Part shown: one piece after another, positions 19,085 through 29,509 of the stretch
How positions within the stretch are numbered: position 1 is the first letter of the stretch
How the letters are laid out: each line of letters starts with the position of its first letter
Assembly: GCA_963755025.1 (NCBI GenBank)
Contig: CAVWIH010000027.1
Span: forward strand, 23,068 to 87,067
Length of the DNA: 64,000 bases
Direction of reading: 5' to 3'
Source: an uncultured Actinomycetes bacterium
GTDB lineage: Bacteria > Actinomycetota > Thermoleophilia > UBA2241
Notes under the pieces: model-generated
Told to the model about the DNA's origin: nothing
Seen by the model: only the letters and a program-made list of their open reading frames with translations
Database searches by the model: none
Translations under genes and position numbers: made by a program

Positions 19085-20454
19085 ATGAAACGCCGACGCG
19101 ACAAGGCCCGGGACAGGCGCGACCGTCAGGCACACGACGCGGCGCCTCGCACCGGCGCAGCGCCTCGTACCGGCGCGGCGACTCGTACCGGCGCGCGACT
19201 GGTACCGGCGCGCGACTCGTAACGACGCGGCTTCCGGTAGCGCGCCCGGGGGCGCGCCGGTGCGCTACCGCTCGCGGCCGGTGAAGGCTTCGGGCCGCGT
19301 GGTGGCCATGGTGGCGGCGCTCGTCGCGCTCACCGTCGTGGCGGCCATCGCGCTGGCGACGGCGTTCTCGCCGAGGGGCGGGGGCGGCTCCGCCGCCCGC
19401 CCCCGTCGCTTCGAGCACCGCCGGGCTCGCGTCGAGCGCTTCGTCGACGCGCGTCCCTTCGAGCCCCGGAGCGTCGCCCAGGGCGGCGTCGCACGCCGGC
19501 GTGACGGTCGTCTCGGGCGGCGACACGATGGGCGACCGGGGCGTCAAGTCGTACATCGCGGCGCACGGCCCCGACGCGGTCTTCGCCGGTATCGCACCCG
19601 TCCTGCGGGCGGCCGACGCGTCCTGGGTCAACCTCGAGTCGCCGCTCACCACGATCAGCGACCCCTACCCCGGCAAAGACGTGCACTTTCAGGGCGACCC
19701 GCGCCTGGCCGCCGGCCTCGCCTTCGCCGGCGTCGACGTCGTGAACATGGCCAACAACCACGCCGTCGACCAGGGGCCGGCCGGCCTAGTCGACTCCATC
19801 CGCACGGTCGAGGCCGCCGGCATCAAGGTGGTCGGCGCGGGCAGGAACGCGAGCGCCGCCCGGCGGCCGGCCATCGTGCGGGCGAGCAACGGCGCGACCA
19901 TCGGCTTTCTCGGCTGGACCGACATCATCTGGCCCGGCTTTGCCGCCGGCAGCGGCCCCGGGGTGGCCACGGGGGTCACCGACATGAGTCAGGTGACGCA
20001 GGCCATCCGCGCGCTCAAGCGACGCGTCGACTACGTCGTCGTCTGCTTTCACTGGGGTATCGAATACACCGACACGCCGCTCGCCTCTCAGGTCTCCGAG
20101 GCGCACGCGGCGATCGATGCCGGCGCCGACCTGGTCATCGGCCACCACCCACACGTGCTGCAGGGCGTGCAGCTCTACAAGGGCCACGTCATCATCTACA
20201 GCCTGGGCGACCTGGTCTTCGATCACTACAGCCTGGCCACCGGCCAGACGGTGCTCGTCTCCGCCGCACTCTCGCCGCACGGGGTCAGCGCGACCCTCAT
20301 TCCCGTCTACGCGTCGTCGGACGGCATCCCGGCAATCGTTACGGGCGCCGCCGGACGTGCCATACTGCACCACATGCAGCAGATCTCAGCACCCTTGGGC
20401 GCCCACCTGAAGATCGTCGGCGATCGCGCCTACGTGCGCTCGTCGGGCGCGTGA
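19085..20454 (+). CDS. CapA/PGA_cap family metallophosphoesterase-fold protein, with 5' frameshifts
   Basis: GDTM, VNLESP, ANNHAVDQG, FHWGIEY, GHHPHVLQ, YSLGD. TM anchor lies in another frame (19260-19400); indels at about 19190-19215 and about 19398. Confidence 0.8.
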
Positions 20455-20467
20455 CCACAGCCCGCGC

Positions 20468-21391
20468 GTGATCCCCGTCTTCTTTCATATCGGCCCCATC
20501 ACCATCTACAGCTTCGGCGTGATGGCCGCGTGCGCCCTGGTCGCCGCCTCGCTCGTCGCCTACCTCGTGCTGCGCACGCGCGGCGTGTCGTTCGAGTTCG
20601 CCTACGAGCTGCTGTTCGTGGCCGGCATCGGCGGGTTTGCCGGCGCCCGCATCTACTACCTGGCGCAGCACTGGGCGGCCGTCAAGGGCGACCTGTTCCA
20701 CAACGTCTTCAGCGGCTCGGGCTTCACCTGGTACGGCGGCCTGATCGGCGGCTTCATCTGCGTCGCGCTCTGGGCCCGTTTTCGTCACGTGCCGGTCGGC
20801 CTCATGGCCAACGCCGCCGGGCCGGCGGTGGCCGTGGGCTACGCGATCGGGCGCATCGGCTGCCTGCTTTCGGGCGACGGCGACTACGGCAGCCCCACCA
20901 AGTCGTTCATCGGCATCGCCTTCCCGCACGGCACGGTGCCCACGCCGCCGGGCGTCAAGGTCTGGCCGACGCCGCCCATCGAGACGTTCGTCATGCTGCT
21001 CGTCGGCTGGTTCCTCTATCGCAAGGCGAAGCGCGCGCAGCCCGGCTGGTATGTGTGGGGCTGGTTCATGGTGCTGGCCGGCATCGAACGCCTGCTGATC
21101 GAGTTCATCCGCCGCAACCCGGTGGTGTTCCTGGGGCTGCGCACGACGCAGTGGGAGTCGATCGGCAGCATCGCCGCAGGCGTCGCCATCATCCTCTACA
21201 CGCGAAACCGGCCGACCGTCGAGGTCTCACTCGAGGCGGCGCGCCCCGCCCGCGGCGCCAAGGGTAGCGTGGCCAAGGGCGCGGCCGGCAAGAACGCGCC
21301 GGGCAAGGGTGCGTCGGCGGCCAAGTCGGGCTCGAGCGGCGCAGCCCGGGGTGGCCGCAAGCCGGCCAAGAGCGGGCGCTCCGGCTCCTGA
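20468..21391 (+). CDS. lgt: Prolipoprotein diacylglyceryl transferase
   Basis: YSFGVM, GARIYY, GFTWYGGLIGG, AIGRIGCLLSGD, RLLIEFIR; basic low-complexity tail. Confidence 0.88.
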   Translation: MIPVFFHIGPITIYSFGVMAACALVAASLVAYLVLRTRGVSFEFAYELLFVAGIGGFAGARIYYLAQHWAAVKGDLFHNVFSGSGFTWYGGLIGGFICVALWARFRHVPVGLMANAAGPAVAVGYAIGRIGCLLSGDGDYGSPTKSFIGIAFPHGTVPTPPGVKVWPTPPIETFVMLLVGWFLYRKAKRAQPGWYVWGWFMVLAGIERLLIEFIRRNPVVFLGLRTTQWESIGSIAAGVAIILYTRNRPTVEVSLEAARPARGAKGSVAKGAAGKNAPGKGASAAKSGSSGAARGGRKPAKSGRSGS

Positions 21392-21473
21392 TACGCCGGC
21401 CGGAGGCGCTGGGCGAGAACGACGTCGTTCGCCGCGTCAGACGTGCGGGCGCGAGTGGTAGCCCGTCCCCCAG

Positions 21474-22257
21474 TCAGGAGTGCGCCGGCACCGGCACGAG
21501 CAGCAGCGGGCAGGGGGCGTCTTCGAGCAGGCGCCGCACGAACATCGAATGCCCCGCGGCGAACACCCCGGCCCAGGCCAGCACGATCAGGTCGGCGGGC
21601 GGCGTGGTGGCCTCTTTGACGATCACCTCGGGGGGGTCGCCGACGCCCACCACGGTGCGATGACGGCCGCCTTCGGGGCAGGTCGCGAAGCGCATGGTGA
21701 ACTCGTCGTGCCACGACGACCACTCGTAGTGCTCCTGGTCGACCATGCGGGGCGCCGGCAGGCTGCCGGGCTCGTCGGGCATGTCGGCCGTGCCCACGTG
21801 CACCACGACGATCTCGCGGCCGCGCCCGCAGAAGGCTTCGTCGGTCACGCGCATGGCTTCGGAGCTCGAGGGGCTGCCGTCGAGCGGCACCACGATGCGG
21901 CGCAGCGTCGAGATGGGACGCATACCGGGGCGCACGACGAACAGCGTCTGCGGCGCGCGGGCGAGCAGGGCGTCGGCCAGCGGGCCGACGCCCTGCTCGC
22001 CCGCGCGCCGCAGGGCAAAGACCCACCACGTCCTCGTCGCCGGCGGCGGCGAGCACCGCGGCCACCGGGTCGCCGTGCGCCTCCTCGACCATGGTGTTGG
22101 TCGTCAGGCGGGCGGGCAGCTCGAGGTCGGGGGCGGCGTCGTCGGCCCTGACGTGCAGCCCGCGCACCGGCCAGCCGCTCACGTGCGACAGGGCGCGCGC
22201 CGAGACCAGCAGCTCCTCGCTCTCGGGGCCGGGGTCGAGCATGATGAGCAGGTTCAT
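21474..22257 (-). CDS. Tandem universal stress protein, frameshifted near 22022
   Basis: MNLLIMLD...HGDPVAAVL, then RRIVVPLDGS, GDPPEVIV, DLIVL, APCPLLLV; ATGA overlap with the GH65 stop. Confidence 0.78.
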
Positions 22258-25200
22258 GGGCGCTCCTCCCAGGTCCCTCGCAGACTCTTGCGAAAGTGGT
22301 GGTCGCCGAGCGCGAGATGGCGCTTGCGCCGCCCGACCACGACGGTCGCCGCGATGTCGCCGACCGTGATGCGCAGCTCGCCGCCCTGGGCCGCGACCTG
22401 AAAGCGCGAGCCGCGAAAGCGCACCGTGTACGAGAACGAGGTCCAGTCGTCGGGCAGGTGAGGGTCGATGACGAGCGTCTCGTCGTCGCGCCGCACGCCG
22501 CCGAAACCCATGACCGCCGCTTGCCACAAGCCGCCCATGGTCGCCATGTGCAGGCCGCGAGCGGCGTTGCCCATGTTGTCGGAGAGGTCGATGTCGGAGG
22601 CCATGTGGAAGGCCTCGGCGGCGAGCTTGATGTCGCCCAGGCGCGCCGCCAGGGCGGCGTGGATGCCCGGCGACAGTGAGCTGCCGTGGCTGGTGATGGG
22701 CTCGTAGTAGCGCAGGTTGGCGAGGGCGGCGTCGGCGGGGATCTCGTTGGACAGCACGTAGCAGAGCATCACGACGTCGGCCTGCTTGACCACCTTGGCG
22801 TTGAGGGTCACCTCGCGGCCGAGCAGCAGGTCGGCCGCCATGGGGCGCGCGGCCAGAGCCGCCGGGTCGACGTCGTCCATCTCGTAGAACCCCGCGAACT
22901 GCTCGTAGAGCTTGGTGTGCGGGTCGTAGCCGTCGACCAGCGCGTCGGCCACGTTGCGCCAGTGGACGAGCTCGCCGGCCGTCAGGCCTATGCGCTCGGC
23001 GAGCGCCGCCGCCCTGTCGGGGGCGCGCTCGGTGAGCCACGGAAAGGCGTCGAGGGCGCGCTCGATGTTGTAGCGCGCGAGCACGTTGGTGTAGGCGTTG
23101 TCGTCGACGCCCTCGTGGTATTCGTCGGGCCCCACGACGACCGAGATGTGAAAGCGGCCGAGCTCGTCGCGGCTCGCTCGCGACGCCCAGAAGCGAGCAG
23201 TCTCCAGGAGCAACTCCACGCCCATGCGCTCCATGAACTCGTCGTCGCCGGTGCACTTCCAGTACTCCCACACGGCCCAGCCCACGTCGGCCGAGATGTG
23301 GTGCTCGAGCAGGCCGGAGAGGATGGGGATCATCTCGCCGTGCGGCCCTATGCCGTAGGGCGGCGTGGTCTCGATGCCCTTGTCGGCCGACTCCCAGGGG
23401 AACAGCGCGCCCTTGAAGCCCATGTCGCGAGCCTTGCGCCGGGCGCCGTCGAGGTTGCGAAAGCGATAGGTGAGCAGGGTGCGCGCGGTCTCGGGGTGGG
23501 TGTAGATGAAGAACGGCACGACGAAGATCTCGGTGTCCCAGAAGACGTGGTTGAAGTACGACATGCCCGACAGGCCGCGAGCGCCCACCGAGACGGTCTC
23601 CTTGGTGGGGTGGGCCGTCGACATCATGTGATACATGGAGAAGCGCAGGGCGAGCTCGGCGTGCGCGTCGCCGCCGATCGACACCGCGGCGTCGTTCCAG
23701 CGCTCGCGCCAGGCCGCGACGTGGCGCCGCAGAAGCTCGTCGAAACCGGCGGTCTCGGCCTTTTCGAGCACGTTCAAGGCGGCCGTCGTGGCCGGCGGCC
23801 GGCTCGGCGAGGAGACCACGGCCGCTATGCGGTCGATGGTCGCGGGTTCGTTGCAGTCGAGGCGACCGCCGATCACGTCGCGCGACTGCTCGAGGTAGCG
23901 CGCCACGGGCGAACCCGACGCCGGCCTGGTCGAGACCGCCAGCACGTGGCCGCCGCCCTTGCGCCCCTTGGTGCGCGCCACGAAGCCGCTGCCGTTGAGC
24001 GTGGTGAGCGAGGCGTCGTAGACCGGACCGCCGGCGTGCGAGACGCCCACACAGGCCTCCCAGACGAGACGTCCGCAGAAGTCTTCGGGGCTCGCCTCGG
24101 CGCGCAGCACCATGATCGAACGGTCGGCCAGCGAGGCGAAGCGCGCCGTGCGCACGCGCACCGTGCGGCCCACGCGGTCGCGCTGCCGCCAGTAGCGAAA
24201 GACGATGCCCTGACTCATGTCGAGCACGCGGCGGTGCTCGATGATCTCGCCGTTGGTCAGGTTCAACGGCATGCCTTCGACCAGCAGCCGCACGCAGAGC
24301 CAGTCGGGCGCCATGACCGGCTGGCGTATGTGCAGCTCGCCGGTGTCGTCGCCGAAGACGCCGGCTACGAAGGTCGCCGGCGTGGATGCCGGCGAGCCCT
24401 CTTCGAGCGAGCCGCGCGTGCCGGTCTCGCCGTTGGCCACGGTCAGCCAGGTCTCGACCTCGCGCTCGCGGAAGGGGTCGAAGCCCTCGACCTGGAACAG
24501 CCAGTCGCGGTCGGTGCTGGGCGACGGAAAGCTTTCGAGCACGCGCGCCTCGCGCAGGGCGATCTGCTCGTCGAGCAGCTCGAGCACGGCGGCATGGCCG
24601 CCGCCCACGCGCTGCACGTTGCGTGCCGCGCCGTCGCGTTCGGCGCCCACCGAGGCGAACGCGGCGCCGTGCAGCTCGGGGATCATGAGGCGGCGAGCGG
24701 CGCCGCCGGCGCCGCCGTCGAGGCCGAAGTCGGCGCCCACGACGAGCACCTCGCGGGCGTCGTAGTCGCGGTACCGCACGATCCACTGCAACAGCCAGCG
24801 CATGCTGTCGGCGAAGTCGGTGAGGGCGAAGTCGAGGCGGCCGTCGCGCCAGCTCACGCAGGGGCGCGGCACGCCGGCGGAGTGCGCGAGGCCGCCGGCC
24901 AGCTCGACCAGATCGCTCCAGCCGCCGATACCGGCGTCGATGAGACGCTCCAGCAGGTCGTCGGCCGGCGGCCGCCCCAGTACGAGGCTGTGGCGGTGGC
25001 GGCCGCTCCCGACCCTGCTCGGCACACCTTTCGCGTCCAGAGCGTCGCGCACCGCGGCGACCGCGGCGCCGAGCTGCGCGTCTTCGTCGGCGGTCATGAG
25101 GCGGCGGTCGATCAGGCGCGGTCCGGCGGGCCCCAGCACATAGGCCTCGGCGCCGTCGGAGAGCAGCAGGAACAAGCGACCCTCGACGTCGGGGCGCGCG

Positions 25201-25409
25201 TAGAGGCGGGGATCGACGGCGTCGATCCCCGCCCGCGCGACCAGCGCGACGTCGACGCCGAGCGAGGTCAGCCGCTCGACGCGGGCGCGCAGCTCGACGG
25301 GGGCGGCGGCGGCGCCCTCGGGCGCCGCCGCCGCCCACTCCAGGCAGAGCACGCGAAAGGCGCGTCCCAGATGGGTCTTCGTGGGAAGAGTGGCAGCCGG
25401 CAGTTGCAT
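22254..25409 (-). CDS. GH65 alpha-glucoside (trehalose/kojibiose/maltose) phosphorylase with N-terminal degenerate HAD-like domain
   Basis: TVANGETGTRGSLEE, ARGLSG, YFNHVFWDTE, GALFPWES, GPDEYHE, KQADV, HGSSLS. Confidence 0.88.
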   Translation of the reverse strand: MQLPAATLPTKTHLGRAFRVLCLEWAAAAPEGAAAAPVELRARVERLTSLGVDVALVARAGIDAVDPRLYARPDVEGRLFLLLSDGAEAYVLGPAGPRLIDRRLMTADEDAQLGAAVAAVRDALDAKGVPSRVGSGRHRHSLVLGRPPADDLLERLIDAGIGGWSDLVELAGGLAHSAGVPRPCVSWRDGRLDFALTDFADSMRWLLQWIVRYRDYDAREVLVVGADFGLDGGAGGAARRLMIPELHGAAFASVGAERDGAARNVQRVGGGHAAVLELLDEQIALREARVLESFPSPSTDRDWLFQVEGFDPFREREVETWLTVANGETGTRGSLEEGSPASTPATFVAGVFGDDTGELHIRQPVMAPDWLCVRLLVEGMPLNLTNGEIIEHRRVLDMSQGIVFRYWRQRDRVGRTVRVRTARFASLADRSIMVLRAEASPEDFCGRLVWEACVGVSHAGGPVYDASLTTLNGSGFVARTKGRKGGGHVLAVSTRPASGSPVARYLEQSRDVIGGRLDCNEPATIDRIAAVVSSPSRPPATTAALNVLEKAETAGFDELLRRHVAAWRERWNDAAVSIGGDAHAELALRFSMYHMMSTAHPTKETVSVGARGLSGMSYFNHVFWDTEIFVVPFFIYTHPETARTLLTYRFRNLDGARRKARDMGFKGALFPWESADKGIETTPPYGIGPHGEMIPILSGLLEHHISADVGWAVWEYWKCTGDDEFMERMGVELLLETARFWASRASRDELGRFHISVVVGPDEYHEGVDDNAYTNVLARYNIERALDAFPWLTERAPDRAAALAERIGLTAGELVHWRNVADALVDGYDPHTKLYEQFAGFYEMDDVDPAALAARPMAADLLLGREVTLNAKVVKQADVVMLCYVLSNEIPADAALANLRYYEPITSHGSSLSPGIHAALAARLGDIKLAAEAFHMASDIDLSDNMGNAARGLHMATMGGLWQAAVMGFGGVRRDDETLVIDPHLPDDWTSFSYTVRFRGSRFQVAAQGGELRITVGDIAATVVVGRRKRHLALGDHHFRKSLRGTWEERP

Positions 25410-25633
25410 CGTCTCGGTGGTCGCAGGTTCGGGCGAGTCATTCCCGCCCCTCGCCTATCGTACGCTACCGTCTTGCCGGCGATGCTTACGAGGGCGGTGC
25501 GGTGCGGCCGCCGTCGGCCGGGTAAGGGCGACTCGAGCCGCCCTGCGCCGCGCACGAAGCGAGCCGAACGCGGAGATCTGATGAAGCATGCCGCGACGCG
25601 AGGGCGCGGGCTCCGCGAATGTTTGAGACGGCG

Positions 25634-25687
25634 CATAGGCGGGCCACAGAGAGTTCTCAGCATCTCCACAGCAAACGGCCGTACACT
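25634..25687 (+). promoter_or_regulatory. Four 11-bp-phased direct repeats (OmpR/PhoP-type box) plus -10 TACACT
   Basis: CATAG 25634, CACAG 25645, CTCAG 25656, CACAG 25667; TACACT 25682-25687. Confidence 0.65.
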
Positions 25688-25751
25688 GCCTGCAGGCACA
25701 CCTGTCGCGCGGTCGCGGTCGCGCGCGTGGCGGCAACGAGGAGGCGCACCT

Positions 25752-26444
25752 TTGAGCGAACATCCCAAGGTCCTGGTCGTCGACGACGAAGAGAGCCTCA
25801 CCGACCTGATCGGCCTCGCCCTGCGCTACGAACAGTTCGAGGTCGACGTCGCCCACACGGCCAAGGCGGCGCTCGCCGCCCTGCCCGCCTTTCGCCCCGA
25901 CCTCGTCGTGCTCGACGTCATGCTGCCCGACACCGACGGCTTCGAGGTGGCGCGGCGCATCGCCGCCGAATCGCCCTCGACGCCGGTGCTGTTCCTCACC
26001 GCCCGCGACGGCACCGAAGACAAGGTGCGCGGCCTCACGCTCGGCGGCGACGACTACATGACCAAGCCCTTCAGCCTCGAGGAACTGGTCGCCCGCATCC
26101 GCGCCATCCTGCGACGCACGCAGCGCGACGGCGGCGCCCACGAGCGGCTCGTCTACTCCGACCTCGAGATGGACGAAGACACCTACGAGGTGCGCCGCGC
26201 CGGCACGCGCGTCGAGCTCACGGCCACCGAGTACAAGCTGCTGCGCTACCTCATGCTCAACCGCCGCCGTGTGCTGTCCAAGTCGCAGATCCTCGACCAC
26301 GTCTGGAACTACGACTTCGCCGGCGACGCCAACGTCGTCGAGATCTACATCAGTTACCTGCGCAAGAAGCTCGACCCCACGGGCCCGCCGCTCATCCACA
26401 CGGTGCGCGGCTTCGGCTACTGCCTGCGCGACGCGCGGGACTGA
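25752..26444 (+). CDS. OmpR/PhoP-family response regulator
   Basis: TTG start after GAGGAGG; VLVVDDE, LDVMLPD, FLTARD, DDYMTKPF, IHTVRGFGY. Confidence 0.93.
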   Translation: MSEHPKVLVVDDEESLTDLIGLALRYEQFEVDVAHTAKAALAALPAFRPDLVVLDVMLPDTDGFEVARRIAAESPSTPVLFLTARDGTEDKVRGLTLGGDDYMTKPFSLEELVARIRAILRRTQRDGGAHERLVYSDLEMDEDTYEVRRAGTRVELTATEYKLLRYLMLNRRRVLSKSQILDHVWNYDFAGDANVVEIYISYLRKKLDPTGPPLIHTVRGFGYCLRDARD

Positions 26445-26453
26445 CGAGCGCCC

Positions 26454-28106
26454 ATGTCGCTGCGGCTGCGCCTGTTGCTCGCCCTGGTCGGCCTCGTGGC
26501 CGTCGGCCTGCTGGTGGCCGACGGCGTGACGTACGTCTCGCTGCAGTCGTTCCTGCTGCAGCGCGTCGACCAGCAGCTCGAAGCCGCGCGATATCCCGTC
26601 CTGTATCAGATCGAGCGGGTCGGCTCGGGCTTGCCCGGCGACGTGCCGAACGTGACCCCGGGCGAGCAGGCCACCCTTCCACCTGGGACCTACGGCTGCC
26701 TGCTCGACGCTACGGGGCAGATCGTCGTCGGAAGTCAGGTCATCTTCTCCTACAGCTCGGCCACTGCACCCACGCCGGCGCTGCCTGCCGGCCTGGTGGC
26801 CACCACGGCCCACGACAACGGCAAGTCGACCCTTACCGTAGCGGCCGCGAGCCATTCTTCGTCGCACTTCCGGGTGCTCGCCACGCAATACGAGAACTCG
26901 TCGTACACGCTGGTCGTCGCCATCCCGCTGACCGACGTCACGCAGACTCTGCAGCGCCTGCAGCTCATCGAGGCCATCGTGACCCTGACGGTCCTGGTCG
27001 GCCTCGGCTTCCTGGCCTGGTGGATCGTGCGCCGCGAGCTGCGTCCGCTCGACGACATGGCGGCGACCGCCGGCGCGATCGCGGCCGGCGACCTCTCGCA
27101 GCGCATCGAGCGCGCCGACTCGCGTACCGAGGTCGGCCGCCTGGGGCTGGCCCTGAACGCCATGCTGGCGCAGATCGAAGCGGCCTTCACCCGCAGCCAC
27201 AACTCCGAGAACGCCCTGCGCCATTTCCTTGCCCAGGCGTCGCACGAACTGCGCACGCCGCTCTCGTCGATCCGCGGCTACGCCGAGCTCTTCCGCCGCG
27301 GCGCGAAGGAGCGCCCCGAAGACCTCGACCTGGCCATGCGACGCATCGAGCAGGAAGCGGCGCGCATGGGCATCCTGGTCGAAGACCTGCTGCTGCTCGC
27401 TCGCCTCGACGAGGGCCGCGCCCTCGACCGCGGGCCCGTCGACCTTACGCAGCTCGCCGCCGACGCCGTGGCCGACGCCCGCATCCTCGAGCCCGGCCGC
27501 GACATCACGCTCGAGCATGGCGAGTCGATCGTCGTGCTGGGCGACGAGAGCCGGCTGCGCCAGGTCTTCACCAACCTCGTGGTCAACGCCCTGCGACACG
27601 GCGGCGAGCAGGCGCGAGTGCGGGTCGCCACCAGAGCGGTCGACGGCCGCGCCCTGATCGAGGTGAGCGACGACGGCGTGGGCATGACCAGCGACGTCGC
27701 CGCCCGTGTGTTCGAGCCGTTCTACCGCCCCCAGGAGTCGCGCGCCAAGGGCGAAGGCACAGCGGGGCTCGGCCTGTCGATCGTGGCGGCCATCGCCGAG
27801 GCGCACGGGGGCGGAGTCGACCTCAAGACGGCGCCCGGCCAGGGCGCGCGCTTCCGGGTGAGCCTGCCGCTCGCCGCCCCCGAGGCGCCCGACGACGGGC
27901 CGGCCCCCGGCGACGGCGCGGTGCGCGATGTCGGCGCAGCCCCGAGCTCGGCGCCGTCGTCACTAGATGCCGCGATACCGGGCGCTCCCGCAGCGCCCGG
28001 CGCTCCCGCAGCGCCCGGCGCTCCCGCGGCGCCCGCGCCGCGGCGCCCGGCGACGCAGCGCCCGCCGCAGCGCCCCACGGCCGCGCCCCGGACGGCGAGA
28101 CGGTAG
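26454..28106 (+). CDS. HAMP-domain sensor histidine kinase
   Basis: Two TMs, HAMP, ASHELRTPL, NLVVNA, DDGVG, GLGLSIV; 18-bp x3 repeat in the tail (27978-28031). Confidence 0.93.
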   Translation: MSLRLRLLLALVGLVAVGLLVADGVTYVSLQSFLLQRVDQQLEAARYPVLYQIERVGSGLPGDVPNVTPGEQATLPPGTYGCLLDATGQIVVGSQVIFSYSSATAPTPALPAGLVATTAHDNGKSTLTVAAASHSSSHFRVLATQYENSSYTLVVAIPLTDVTQTLQRLQLIEAIVTLTVLVGLGFLAWWIVRRELRPLDDMAATAGAIAAGDLSQRIERADSRTEVGRLGLALNAMLAQIEAAFTRSHNSENALRHFLAQASHELRTPLSSIRGYAELFRRGAKERPEDLDLAMRRIEQEAARMGILVEDLLLLARLDEGRALDRGPVDLTQLAADAVADARILEPGRDITLEHGESIVVLGDESRLRQVFTNLVVNALRHGGEQARVRVATRAVDGRALIEVSDDGVGMTSDVAARVFEPFYRPQESRAKGEGTAGLGLSIVAAIAEAHGGGVDLKTAPGQGARFRVSLPLAAPEAPDDGPAPGDGAVRDVGAAPSSAPSSLDAAIPGAPAAPGAPAAPGAPAAPAPRRPATQRPPQRPTAAPRTARR

Positions 28107-28219
28107 ACTAAGCCGCGGCGGCGACAGGGCCCGCACGCCGCCACCGTTGTCCGCTCGGTCCAGGCTGGACCGCGCGCACAAGGACGGCCGGCGAAACGCG
28201 ACCAAGGAGCCGTAGCGCG

Positions 28220-29497
28220 ATGAGATTCGATGTCCCCTACGTGCGGCGGCAGTTCCCGGCGCTCGCCCGCACGATCGACGGGCAGCCGGCCGCCTACTTC
28301 GACAGCCCCGGAGGCACGCAGGTGCCGCAACGCGTGGTCGACGCGGTCACCGACTACCTCATCAACCACAACTCGAACGTCCACGGCTTCTTCGCCACGA
28401 CGATCGAGAGCGACCACCTGCTGGCCGACGCCCGCGACGCGCTCGCCGACTTCCTGGGCTGCGACTGGGACGAGGTCGCCTTCGGCGCCAACACGACGAC
28501 GCTCAACTTCCTGCTGGCGCACAGCCTCGCCCGCGACTTGCACGAGGGCGACGAGGTCGTCATCACCGAGATCGACCACGAGGCCAACCGCGGCCCTTGG
28601 CTCTCACTGCAGGACCGCGGCGTCGTGGTGCGCGAGGTGCCGGTCGACCCCGCCACCTGCACGCTCGACTGGGAGGCCTTCGCCGCCACCGTGAACGAGC
28701 GCACCAAGATCGTCGCCACCGTCTGGGCGAGCAACGCCGTCGGCACCATCAACGACGTCGCGCGTGTCGTCGCCCTCGCCCACGAGGTCGGCGCCATCAC
28801 GGTGATCGACGCGGTGCACTACGCGCTGCACGGCGTGATCGACGTCGCCGCCCTGGGCTGCGACTTTCTGCTCTGCTCGGCCTACAAGTTCTTCGCGCCG
28901 CACGTCGGTGTGCTGTACGCGCGCCGCGAGACCGCCGAGCTCGTGCGTGCCCTGCGCCTGCGCACCCAGCTGCGCGAGACGCCCTTCAAGTTCGAGACCG
29001 GCACCTTGAACCACGAGGGCATCGTCGGCGCCGGGGCGGCCGTCGAGTTCATCGCCGACATGGGCCGTCATCACCTGCGCCGCGTCGCGGCCGAGCCGGC
29101 CCTCGCCGAGCGCTTGGAGGGGCTCGACGGGCGCCGCCGTCAGATCGTGGCCGGCATGCTGGCCGCCGAGGCCCACGAGCAGCCCCTGGCGCGACGCCTG
29201 ATCGACGGCCTGCGCGAGATCCCCGGCGTCACCGTCTACGGACCGCCCGACGACCACCCCCGCACCTCGACCGTGGCCTTCACCGTGAGCGGCGCGTCGC
29301 CCGAGGATGTCTGTCGCACCCTCGGCGACGAGGGCCTGTTCCTCTGGGACGGCCACTTCTACGCCATCCGGCTGGTCGAGCGGCTCGGGCTGATCGAGCG
29401 CGGCGGCCTGGTGCGCGCGGGCCTCGCGCCCTACACGACCGCCGCCGAAGTCGAGCGCCTGCTCGCCGCGGTGGGCCGCGTGGCCACCGGGCGCTAG
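28220..29497 (+). CDS. Cysteine desulfurase-like class V PLP enzyme
   Basis: YFDSPGGTQVP, DHEAN, DAVHY, CSAYKFF, FETGT, GHFYA. Confidence 0.88.
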   Translation: MRFDVPYVRRQFPALARTIDGQPAAYFDSPGGTQVPQRVVDAVTDYLINHNSNVHGFFATTIESDHLLADARDALADFLGCDWDEVAFGANTTTLNFLLAHSLARDLHEGDEVVITEIDHEANRGPWLSLQDRGVVVREVPVDPATCTLDWEAFAATVNERTKIVATVWASNAVGTINDVARVVALAHEVGAITVIDAVHYALHGVIDVAALGCDFLLCSAYKFFAPHVGVLYARRETAELVRALRLRTQLRETPFKFETGTLNHEGIVGAGAAVEFIADMGRHHLRRVAAEPALAERLEGLDGRRRQIVAGMLAAEAHEQPLARRLIDGLREIPGVTVYGPPDDHPRTSTVAFTVSGASPEDVCRTLGDEGLFLWDGHFYAIRLVERLGLIERGGLVRAGLAPYTTAAEVERLLAAVGRVATGR

Positions 29498-29509
29498 CGC
29501 CGCACGCCC

